The position numbers and the translations under genes were made by a program. A DNA stretch of 64,000 nt from positions 694 to 64,693 of IMG/VR virus record IMGVR_UViG_3300042397_001305. One strand, 5' to 3'. The DNA comes from a virus. Lineage: Duplodnaviria; Caudoviricetes. The notes under the pieces were generated by a model. That model saw only the letters and a program-made list of their open reading frames with translations. It did not search any database and was not told the origin of the DNA. Positions 52,153-60,317 of the stretch are shown piece by piece (positions within the stretch are counted from its first letter, which is position 1; every line of letters begins with the position of its first letter).

Positions 52153-53625
52153 ATGTCAATTAACAATTCCTATTTTAGTAAAAACAACACAATCATATCG
52201 AATAGCTTAACTAACACGGGTAGAAATCCTGTTACCGAGATATTTTATGGTTCGTTGGCAACTACACAATATCCAAATGGGTACAGTAGATTTATCTTCG
52301 ATTTAGACTTAACTCTTTTAAGAGAAAAGATATCTGACGGTACAATTTCAACAGAATGTAGTGACAATATTACCCATACATTAAGAATGGTTAATACTTC
52401 AACATTCAATCTTGAACTTTTAAATACTTCCACATCTCAAGGAAGAATGAGAGCAACTTCATTCGATTTAATCTTATTTAGAATCCCTCCTGTTGTTAAC
52501 ACAAGTAATCCTCAATCTTGGGATGAAGGTGTTGGTTATGACTTTGCAGATTTAATTTACGATTACAGTAGTACAGATAGGAACTTTTCGACAAGACCTT
52601 CAAATTGGATTCAGTCAACAACAATTACTAATTGGTCTCAACCAGGAATTTACAACAACAAAAATACCGGAGTCTTTAATTTTGATGAACTATTTATTGT
52701 CGACACCCAACATTTCCAATTCGGAAATGAGAACATATCGTTTGATATGACACAAGAGATTACCAATTTATTAAACGATAATATTGATGGATTCTCAGGG
52801 TGGGGAATTGCTTATGTTCCTCAAGTAGAAAACTTAACAGGATTAACTTCTAACTACGAAGTTCAATTCTTTACTAGACATACTCAAACTTTTTACGAAC
52901 CATTTTTAGAAACTAACTATGACGACATTATTGAAGATGATAGAAATTCATTCTCATTAGGTAAGGTCAATAAATTGTATCTATATCTATATGAAGATGG
53001 TAACCCAATTAATTTAGACTCAAACCCGAGGGTAACTATTTCAGACGCAAATGGAACAAGTATATTAGGTCTAACCAATTTACCAAGTTGTAGAAAAACA
53101 AGAGGGGTGTATGAAATTACACTTCCACCACTTATTGGATACAAAACCCCTTGTACTTTTTATGATACTTGGAGTAGTGTTAGTGTTAACGGATTTAGTT
53201 TACCAAATGTTGTAAACGAGTTTGTGATGTATCCGTTAAAAAAATCAATTCAGATTGGTACAACAACTCAAGACCCAAAAATCTATGGGTTTGATTATTT
53301 TGGTATTAAACAAGATGAAAAAATATATAACACCGACATTAGAAAAGTGGGGGTTATAATCAAACAAGCTTATACAACAAATAAATTACTTCCAAACGTA
53401 GACGCTTATTATAGAATTTATGTAAGAGAAGGACAAACAGAAGTTCAAGTTCAAGATTGGACAAAAATAAACAGAACACCAAATGAATACTATTTTATGT
53501 TCGATACTAGAGATAAAATACCTAATGAATATTATATTGATATGAAGGTTATTAGTAGTGGGGAGATTAATACCTACAAAAAACAAATCAAATTTCAGAT
53601 TGTTAATGTAAAGTATTCAGAATAA
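52153..53625 (+). CDS. putative virion structural protein (DNRLRE-like N-terminus)
   Basis: NTGRNPVTEI..SRFIFDLDL..WDEGVG..FFTRHT..PFLE; follows the baseplate gene. Confidence 0.55.
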   Translation: MSINNSYFSKNNTIISNSLTNTGRNPVTEIFYGSLATTQYPNGYSRFIFDLDLTLLREKISDGTISTECSDNITHTLRMVNTSTFNLELLNTSTSQGRMRATSFDLILFRIPPVVNTSNPQSWDEGVGYDFADLIYDYSSTDRNFSTRPSNWIQSTTITNWSQPGIYNNKNTGVFNFDELFIVDTQHFQFGNENISFDMTQEITNLLNDNIDGFSGWGIAYVPQVENLTGLTSNYEVQFFTRHTQTFYEPFLETNYDDIIEDDRNSFSLGKVNKLYLYLYEDGNPINLDSNPRVTISDANGTSILGLTNLPSCRKTRGVYEITLPPLIGYKTPCTFYDTWSSVSVNGFSLPNVVNEFVMYPLKKSIQIGTTTQDPKIYGFDYFGIKQDEKIYNTDIRKVGVIIKQAYTTNKLLPNVDAYYRIYVREGQTEVQVQDWTKINRTPNEYYFMFDTRDKIPNEYYIDMKVISSGEINTYKKQIKFQIVNVKYSE

Positions 53626-53630
53626 ATAGA

Positions 53631-53642
53631 TATTTATAAATA
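53631..53642 (+). promoter_or_regulatory. putative late promoter (palindromic TATTTATAAATA)
   Basis: Upstream of ATG 53669. Confidence 0.55.
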
Positions 53643-53668
53643 AAAACTAAAAAAATAATACAAAAAAT

Positions 53669-54274
53669 ATGGCAAATTATATTATAAATGAATGTTTAAC
53701 CAATGATGAATACATTGTTTCTGCAGTAACGTTAACTCTTGGAGATACGATAGGGTTTTTTATTGGGGAAGATAGATTTTGCGGTACTGTTATGGATGAA
53801 ACGAGTAGTCCTATAACTTCCCTTTCATTTTATGACTCTGTATATACAGATTGTTGTGAGTGTTTAAGTGATATTACAGACTCTTTAAATTTTAAATTTA
53901 TACGATGTGGTACATCAGAAGAGATTAATATAGACGCAACTAACTTTTGTAGTGAATATGGTGTTCCTACAACAGGTATTACTTATGAAATACAATATGG
54001 TCGTGAAACACCATTTTGTGGTACTTTTTCAGAATTAAGTCCAACGGGTGAAACAAATTATCATTACTATTCAGGTCCCTTTTTAGATTGTGAAGATTGT
54101 GTATCACCACCACCGATATCCGCAGGAACAGAAACAATTATGTGTGTAATTGATTGTAGTGGTAACACTATAACAATTGTTCCACCTCATCCAACGTATT
54201 TAAATGAATACGGAAAGGCAGTAGTTCAACTGAATATGGTAGAATTAGGTGGTATGAACGGACTAAATTCGTAA
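53669..54274 (+). CDS. Cys-rich acidic putative virion protein with a two-fold internal repeat
   Basis: EC..FCGT..DCCEC repeated as RC..FCGT..DCEDC. Confidence 0.6.
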   Translation: MANYIINECLTNDEYIVSAVTLTLGDTIGFFIGEDRFCGTVMDETSSPITSLSFYDSVYTDCCECLSDITDSLNFKFIRCGTSEEINIDATNFCSEYGVPTTGITYEIQYGRETPFCGTFSELSPTGETNYHYYSGPFLDCEDCVSPPPISAGTETIMCVIDCSGNTITIVPPHPTYLNEYGKAVVQLNMVELGGMNGLNS

Positions 54275-54277
54275 ATT

Positions 54278-54314
54278 AAAAAAAAAAGAGAAATTAAATT
54301 TTCTCTTTTTTTTT
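54278..54314 (+). terminator. terminator hairpin
   Basis: A10-GAGAAA-TTAAAT-TTTCTC-T run inverted repeat. Confidence 0.7.
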
Positions 54315-54345
54315 GTTAATCATTTTTTTATGTCAGTATTTTAAT

Positions 54346-54353
54346 TACCTTTG
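54346..54353 (+). promoter_or_regulatory. Bacteroidota-type -7 promoter element TAnnTTTG
   Basis: TACCTTTG 20 nt before ATG 54374; no clear -33 element. Confidence 0.55.
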
Positions 54354-54373
54354 TCAAACAAATAAAATAAGGT

Positions 54374-54817
54374 ATGATAAAATATATAAAACGTAAATTA
54401 AAACGTAGAGCTGTAAGAAAAAAACTATTAGAGTTCAGAAAAATTTTTGATATTGTTGACCCAGGAAGGTTAGCCGATATTGACGATTGTAAATTTATTT
54501 TCCGTAATGTCCTTAGACATACCAATTCTGTTTATGAAATTGCTCCACTGTCTGAACATAGAATTATAGAAAATAAAAAATTAGGTGTGTTTATCATTTT
54601 AGATGATAAAAAAATTACCATAATAAATCACGTTTGTTATTATTCAAATATTCCTCTCACAGATAGAGATTGGAATAAAATGAGTAAAATGTATGATAAT
54701 AAAGTACAATTAAATAGAATGCAACGTATTGAACAAATGAAATCCCAAGTGGAACATTCATTGTCAAAGTTAAAAAATAAAATACTTATTAAATCAAAAA
54801 CCCCCACTGTAGAGTAG
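54374..54817 (+). CDS. hypothetical basic protein
   Basis: 147-aa ORF with its own promoter and terminator. Confidence 0.6.
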   Translation: MIKYIKRKLKRRAVRKKLLEFRKIFDIVDPGRLADIDDCKFIFRNVLRHTNSVYEIAPLSEHRIIENKKLGVFIILDDKKITIINHVCYYSNIPLTDRDWNKMSKMYDNKVQLNRMQRIEQMKSQVEHSLSKLKNKILIKSKTPTVE

Positions 54818-54830
54818 GGGTTTGTTTTTT
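54796..54830. terminator. bidirectional terminator between convergent genes
   Basis: AAAAACCCCCACT-GTAG-AGTAGGGGTTTGTTTTTT. Confidence 0.75.
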
Positions 54831-56067
54831 AAAACATATCTTCAAGATTATTTAAATGTTTCTTAACTATATCTAAGTCACCAATATCGGTATAGGTAAA
54901 TCCTTTACTCTTTAAGGTCTGAACTTCTCTATGTAAGTGTAACATCATCTGTCTAATCATATTTGACATTGTAGGGTACGATTCAATCATTCTATCCAAA
55001 TGATAAGATTCTGTGGGTAATTGTAATACATCCCCAATTTTCTTAACCCAATCCTTACCATAATTGTCAGCATCCATTTCCATATCCCAATAGATTTTAA
55101 AGAACTCTTCAAAATCCTCAATATCCCCCATATAAGAATCCTTCATATCAAAATCACTCATTTGTTGTTCGTGTTTTAATTCGTGGAATAATATGTAAAC
55201 AAATGACGCAAAATTAGGTAACATATCCGGTGAACATAATATAATCATATTACTTGTTCTCACCCCTTTAAATCCGGTAGTACAAGAGTTTAATACTTTT
55301 ATAACATATCCTCTATCCTGAATAAAATCTTTTATCTTCTCAGAAATTAAATTAAACTGATTAATTTTATCCTCAGGAATATCTTTTCTAAATTTATCAA
55401 TAACTCTTTCGTAATTTGAGGTGGTTTTTAGACCATTTGGGACGATATCCCCCAAAACGGTACCTTCGGTTACCTCAACCCATTCGTTAACCGTATGAAC
55501 GTCTTGTGTGTCTATATTATAGGTACCATCAGTACCTTTTTCCCACATACCAACAATTCGGTTTATATTATTTTTTAAAGTCTTTTTTTTATTGTTTTTA
55601 TTGTTCTTAACCAATAGGTGATTTGTATCATCAATAAAAGGCCCCAATTCTGATTTTTTCCATTTTTTCAAACCTATTTCCATAGGACCGTTATATTCCC
55701 CCGCTGTAATACTTGAGGAACTTTCTTTTATTGGTACTATCTTTTTACCTTTAACATCCGGTGTTTGATTAATGTTATTACCATCATCGTCACTAAAGGT
55801 TGAATTTGGATGATTTTTTATATAGTTAGTCACTTTCTTAGCCTTACCTTCAATATTCTTTATTTCTTTGTTAGTCTCATCCATTGAACCATCATAACTA
55901 TCAAACTCTAATTCAGGACTATCGTACTTAGACACCGCAATTGTAAATGGTCCCATTTGAGACTTTTTAAATTTTCTGATACCAAGTTGCATCGGTGCGA
56001 TGTAAGAACCTCTTCCACCACCGTCACCTGTAGCCTCTTTAATCTGTATTTTGTTATTTTTGTTCAT
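54829..56067 (-). CDS. putative head protein with C-terminal HExxH zincin-like domain
   Basis: LFHELKHEQQ...EMDAD; N-terminal duplicated IKE..G.Y..PM..G..K.KKS..GPF; TATTTATA at 56073-56080; start moved to ATG 56067. Confidence 0.65.
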   Translation of the reverse strand: MNKNNKIQIKEATGDGGGRGSYIAPMQLGIRKFKKSQMGPFTIAVSKYDSPELEFDSYDGSMDETNKEIKNIEGKAKKVTNYIKNHPNSTFSDDDGNNINQTPDVKGKKIVPIKESSSSITAGEYNGPMEIGLKKWKKSELGPFIDDTNHLLVKNNKNNKKKTLKNNINRIVGMWEKGTDGTYNIDTQDVHTVNEWVEVTEGTVLGDIVPNGLKTTSNYERVIDKFRKDIPEDKINQFNLISEKIKDFIQDRGYVIKVLNSCTTGFKGVRTSNMIILCSPDMLPNFASFVYILFHELKHEQQMSDFDMKDSYMGDIEDFEEFFKIYWDMEMDADNYGKDWVKKIGDVLQLPTESYHLDRMIESYPTMSNMIRQMMLHLHREVQTLKSKGFTYTDIGDLDIVKKHLNNLEDMF

Positions 56068-56095
56068 ATACTTATAAATATACAAAAATTTAATT

Positions 56096-56323
56096 ATGGA
56101 ACAACAACAAGAACTATTTGGAAAGTTATTTAATTCTATCCCACTCTATAATGAAGAACACTTAGATACGTTATTAGATACAATGAATAAAGATACCTCA
56201 ATCTATTATCTAATACAAGCAATTAAGTTTGCATACGAATCAGGACTCTATTCTATGGGTGAATGTGAAGTGATATCCAAAGCAATTAGAATATCATCTA
56301 AAAAAGAAAAAGAGACCGAATAA
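56096..56323 (+). CDS. hypothetical protein
   Basis: 75-aa ORF with A-rich start context and a downstream terminator. Confidence 0.6.
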   Translation: MEQQQELFGKLFNSIPLYNEEHLDTLLDTMNKDTSIYYLIQAIKFAYESGLYSMGECEVISKAIRISSKKEKETE

Positions 56324-56336
56324 GGTCTCTTTTTTT
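56307..56336. terminator. bidirectional terminator
   Basis: AAAAAGAGACC-GAATAA-GGTCTCTTTTTT. Confidence 0.8.
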
Positions 56337-56338
56337 AT

Positions 56339-57046
56339 TTACGATAGTTTTGGAGTTGAAGGTTTAAAACCTATTTCCGTTGGTATGTTTGCCGCTTTAA
56401 ATTGTACCGGTGGTGTCTGTGTTCCTGCTGCCGGAGCCGGAGTTCCTGCCGCAGGTGCTGGAGTTCCTGTTGTTGGTGCTGCTGCCGCTGGTGCTGCAGC
56501 CGCTTGACTACCAATCGCTTTCAAAGCATTTTCAAAGGCCGTTTGAGTATTCTTACCCCATACACCATCAACACCATCTTTGTTTGGACCACCTGTTCCT
56601 AACATAGCGTTAAATCTAGTTTTTAAAATTGTTTGAATTTGTTTAATTAAATCCGGAGTACTAACATTTGTTGCCGGAGTCGCCGGTGCTGCCGGTGCCG
56701 GAGTTGCTGACGCCACCCCTTTTGCCAAATCTTGAGGTGTCTGCATTTTAAGGTTAATCCCACTCTCAGGAGTAATATTAGGATTAGGATTAAAATTAAA
56801 TTTTTGTTGTGCTGCCGGTGCACCTGTTGCCGGAGTTGTTGCTCCCGCTACTGTCGCTTGAGCATTTTTTAACACATCCGCAGGGGCCGTTGGGGTATAA
56901 TTTATACCTCCTTGAGTTAATGCCGGGTTAGCATTGAAATTAAATTTTTGATTACCTACTTGTTGTTCAGAAATCACAACACCTCTTTTATACCCCAAAA
57001 GGTATTTCATTGCATTTATTTCTTCTGATAAAATTTCTTTTTTCAT
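56339..57046 (-). CDS. peptidoglycan-binding-domain protein with Ala/Pro/Thr linkers and head-protein-like leader
   Basis: IKQIQTIL...GVDGVWGKNTQTAF (PG_binding_1); leader ILSEEINAMKYL..VISEQ. Confidence 0.7.
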   Translation of the reverse strand: MKKEILSEEINAMKYLLGYKRGVVISEQQVGNQKFNFNANPALTQGGINYTPTAPADVLKNAQATVAGATTPATGAPAAQQKFNFNPNPNITPESGINLKMQTPQDLAKGVASATPAPAAPATPATNVSTPDLIKQIQTILKTRFNAMLGTGGPNKDGVDGVWGKNTQTAFENALKAIGSQAAAAPAAAAPTTGTPAPAAGTPAPAAGTQTPPVQFKAANIPTEIGFKPSTPKLS

Positions 57047-58029
57047 TATACTGGTCTGTTTGCGTTAGCTTGTAATTGTTTTATGGTATTATTAAGTTGG
57101 TCTGATGTCATACCAAGTTGTGATTGAGTATTACTTACCGGGGCAATACCTGCCGGATTTAAAGTTGATACTGACTGCACCGGTGCCGGAGCCGCCGCTT
57201 GTACACCACTATTTAATTTTGCCAACATTGATTGTAATGTCGTAGCATCTAAAGTACCTGTAGCGTTTTGTATTCCTAATTGTTTTTGAACCGCTTGAAT
57301 TTTTGGTGCAATTGATGATGCAGAACTACCTTTGTTAGATTTATTAGATTCGAATTCGGCACAAGTATATGGATATGTTTTACCATCAACAAGTTTTCTA
57401 CCATTAGCATAATAATATATCTTACCTATTTGATATACTATTGAACCGTCTTTCCTTTTAACCGGTGTTGCACCCGGTTGAGATGTAACACATTTATAAG
57501 TCGTTGCCCAAGTAGCATTCAATTCAGCCCCCGTTTTTGCAACAACAGGTTGAGAAGTTATTTTGAATGTATTTTCTTTGAAAAGTTTAGCAACACCTCC
57601 GGAATTAAGTTTTCTCTCCTCTGAACCATATGTTGCCGTAATACCGGCAGTTGATTTTAACGAATCTGTAATTTTTTTAACATCCTCAAGATTGTCTCTA
57701 CCCATTTCATCATTAATCACACCGGCAATATCTAATTTACCACTATTAGATGGAAGGTTCTTAACTAATTCATTTACCTTCCAAAATTGAGCAGCTGATT
57801 TAATACTTTGAAGTGCTGTCAACATATTAGCCTCATTTGTACCCGGACCCGCAGCTGATTGATAAAATGCTCTAGCAATCTTTGCATCAGGAGTATCAGT
57901 TGCAGGGTCAACATATGCCGCACCACCTTTTTCAGTCGCCTCACTCAAGTATTGTTTTTTGGTCGCACTCTCGTGAAGATTCAATATTCTATTTTTTTCT
58001 TCTTCGTCTAAGAAATATAATTTTTTCAT
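57046..58029 (-). CDS. annexin-like repeat + PG-binding protein with shared N-terminal leader
   Basis: IARAFYQSAAGPGTNEANMLTALQSI..Q...V....DIAGVINDEMG (annexin GxGTDE..E pattern); IQAVQKQLG..TGTLDATT. Confidence 0.65.
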   Translation of the reverse strand: MKKLYFLDEEEKNRILNLHESATKKQYLSEATEKGGAAYVDPATDTPDAKIARAFYQSAAGPGTNEANMLTALQSIKSAAQFWKVNELVKNLPSNSGKLDIAGVINDEMGRDNLEDVKKITDSLKSTAGITATYGSEERKLNSGGVAKLFKENTFKITSQPVVAKTGAELNATWATTYKCVTSQPGATPVKRKDGSIVYQIGKIYYYANGRKLVDGKTYPYTCAEFESNKSNKGSSASSIAPKIQAVQKQLGIQNATGTLDATTLQSMLAKLNSGVQAAAPAPVQSVSTLNPAGIAPVSNTQSQLGMTSDQLNNTIKQLQANANRPV

Positions 58030-58038
58030 ATAATATTT

Positions 58039-58050
58039 TATTTATAAATA
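58039..58050 (-). promoter_or_regulatory. putative late promoter (palindromic TATTTATAAATA)
   Basis: Upstream of ATG 58029. Confidence 0.55.
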
Positions 58051-58082
58051 TTAGGCAAATCAAAATAATCTAATTATATTTG
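58051..58082 (+). promoter_or_regulatory. Bacteroidota-type promoter (-33 TTAG / -7 TATATTTG)
   Basis: TTAG-20 nt-TATATTTG, 20 nt before ATG 58103. Confidence 0.6.
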
Positions 58083-58102
58083 TAAAATAAAACACAGACA
58101 CT

Positions 58103-58345
58103 ATGAAAAAGTTATTCTTATTATCAGTATTACTTGTTGGAACATTATCGTTTTCTCAAACTAAACCAAAAGAAAAAGACATTGACAAAGAGGCCAACGT
58201 CTTATTAGATTCATTATCCAAAGTTTATAAAGTAAAAGTCCAATCAGTTATGGAAGAAACATATAATGGTGTTACAACAACATCAATTTCTTACGTTAAG
58301 GACAAAAAATTAGTTTATAAAATTATTGCAGTTAGAAAAGATTAA
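58103..58345 (+). CDS. small secreted/periplasmic protein
   Basis: Sec signal MKKLFLLSVLLVGTLSFS followed by Q. Confidence 0.7.
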   Translation: MKKLFLLSVLLVGTLSFSQTKPKEKDIDKEANVLLDSLSKVYKVKVQSVMEETYNGVTTTSISYVKDKKLVYKIIAVRKD

Positions 58346-59496
58346 CATTTACCCGTTAAATTGTAACCCGTCTTACCAACCGGGGAGTAAACTATAACTT
58401 TATAATCTCCGGTTTTATTGTCAAACGGTGCCGTTACACTTGATGAAGTAATTGTATAAGCAACAAATTCTCTAACACCTTTACTAAATAACGCTCTCAA
58501 TTCTTCAACACCATTGTAAACTTCAGTTTCACCCATTTTTATAAGAGTGTTATCTTCAGGAATTTGTGTCACACCCGGAGCAAGTATTTGTCTCATTAAA
58601 TCATCAATACTCTTAACTTTTAAGGTAATAAGATTTGCACCACTAACAGATACAGTTTTGTTTAATTGTGTTAATCTTGATACATATAATGGAACATATT
58701 TAAAACTTGTATATTTGTGAGGTGCTGTTGCAACATATCCGGTATCCTGTTTAATACCCCCCTTATTAGTTAGAACAACCATTCTATCAGGAATACTTCC
58801 CGTACCAAATGTTAATATACCTGCTCCTTGTAAGTTAATATCAGTTGTTACATAATCCGCAACATTTGTTCCGGTTCCCGCAGTAATGGTCGCCTTCCAA
58901 TTACAAATACTCGTCACATTATCAACCTGACCCGACCCCTGAATATCAAAAGTCACAAATTGTTCTTTACCGTATTGTTTGATTAATTGGGGATTCTGAT
59001 TATCTCCCTTAGTTTTGTCATAAGGAGTTGTTCCTAATATAACCTGACTAACATCCGCAGGTGATTTAATAACCAAAGTTCCATTTTTAATTAAATTCGG
59101 AAATAACTCTTGAAAATATTGTTTAACCGAATTTGCTCTTGCCAATGCCAAACTACCCTTAGTTTCAAAACCTTTTGGGTTTGTAACATTTGATTCCCCA
59201 GCACTGATATTAACAATAAATTGTTTACCACCACTATTCTTAATAAATTCCTCAATTTTAGGTTTTAACGCCGCGATAGAATTTTTAACAACATCTGATT
59301 GATATTCACCAAATTTAAATTGATTCCCAACGTTTTGTTTTGGAAACGATGTACTCGAAGTTGTCGTTGTATTGGTTATACCACCCGATTGTTGACCGGA
59401 CTGTTCTAAAGTTAAGTATTGTCTCTTTGTTGCTCCCTCGTGAAGATTTAATATTCTATTTCTCTCCTCACTCGATATCTCAAATAAATTATTCAT
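58342..59496 (-). CDS. OmpA-C-like domain protein with shared N-terminal leader
   Basis: FKFGEY..IVNISAGESNVTN..LALARANSVKQY; leader EERNRILNLHEGATKRQYLTLEQ; TATTTATA at 59510-59517. Confidence 0.6.
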   Translation of the reverse strand: MNNLFEISSEERNRILNLHEGATKRQYLTLEQSGQQSGGITNTTTTSSTSFPKQNVGNQFKFGEYQSDVVKNSIAALKPKIEEFIKNSGGKQFIVNISAGESNVTNPKGFETKGSLALARANSVKQYFQELFPNLIKNGTLVIKSPADVSQVILGTTPYDKTKGDNQNPQLIKQYGKEQFVTFDIQGSGQVDNVTSICNWKATITAGTGTNVADYVTTDINLQGAGILTFGTGSIPDRMVVLTNKGGIKQDTGYVATAPHKYTSFKYVPLYVSRLTQLNKTVSVSGANLITLKVKSIDDLMRQILAPGVTQIPEDNTLIKMGETEVYNGVEELRALFSKGVREFVAYTITSSSVTAPFDNKTGDYKVIVYSPVGKTGYNLTGKC

Positions 59497-59526
59497 AAAT
59501 TTCTTTTTATATAAATACCTCAGTAT

Positions 59527-60213
59527 CTATAAAACCTTATTAGATTTACGGATATTTTCCTCACCCCACATCGGTTGAAGGTTATCCAAACACCAACATT
59601 TCATAAATTCCTCATCCCCCATCTCTTGTATGTCAAATGATGTAATTGGTAATTTATGGTCCACGTGCCAAATCCCGTAGTTATCCCACGTCATATCATC
59701 CTTAAATTGTTTTTCTAAATGATTAATCAATTCCTCCGGAGTGTATTGTAGAACATCAAAGTAATGTCCATATTTATCTACGTTACTTTCTTTTAATACT
59801 GTGTAAATTGCTGTTCTAAAGTTTGCGACAAGTTTGTATAAAGGGTCAGAATCTTTACGATTTTTTTCGTAATCACGTTTGGTTTTTCTCCACTTATCAA
59901 CATTTTCAGTTCTCCATTGTTTATGGTATTCTGTTAAATGTTCTCTATTTTTTTCAGACCATTTTTTGTGGTTTTCACTTTTTCTTTTTTTTGTTTCAGG
60001 TTTTGACTCATATTTTCTTAATGTGACTTCTCTACCACCTATGAATCGTCTTCCCGATATACCAACCTTAATACCATTTTCTTTTAATATTCTTAAAATT
60101 GTTGGTTTACTAATCCCTGTTTTTTCTGAAATAGTTTGTGAACCTAAAAGGTCTTCATTATACATTTTAAGTATGTTCTTTAATTCTTCTTCTGTTGGTA
60201 TAATTTTTTTCAT
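59527..60213 (-). CDS. free-standing HNH homing-endonuclease-like protein
   Basis: N-terminal HTH (ISKPTILRILKENG), basic helix, then MTWDNYGIWHVDHKLP..CWCLDNLQPMWGEENIRKSNK; start moved to ATG 60213. Confidence 0.8.
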   Translation of the reverse strand: MKKIIPTEEELKNILKMYNEDLLGSQTISEKTGISKPTILRILKENGIKVGISGRRFIGGREVTLRKYESKPETKKRKSENHKKWSEKNREHLTEYHKQWRTENVDKWRKTKRDYEKNRKDSDPLYKLVANFRTAIYTVLKESNVDKYGHYFDVLQYTPEELINHLEKQFKDDMTWDNYGIWHVDHKLPITSFDIQEMGDEEFMKCWCLDNLQPMWGEENIRKSNKVL

Positions 60214-60267
60214 ATAATATAAATATACACCATTTTTACAAAAAATCAATTATTAATCTAAAGACAT

Positions 60268-60295
60268 AAAAAAAAGGGACGTATAGTCCCTTTTT
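60268..60295 (-). terminator. terminator after the major capsid gene
   Basis: AAAAAGGGAC-GTATA-GTCCCTTTTT. Confidence 0.85.
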
Positions 60296-60317
60296 GTTAA
60301 ATATTTTAAGATTTTGA

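Noticed and set aside
18843-59529. Stop-codon reassignment (TAG or TGA recoding) as in some Bacteroidota phages
   Set aside because: Genes are full length and densely packed in code 11; TAG ends genes at 18843, 54817 and 59527, in two cases right beside a terminator
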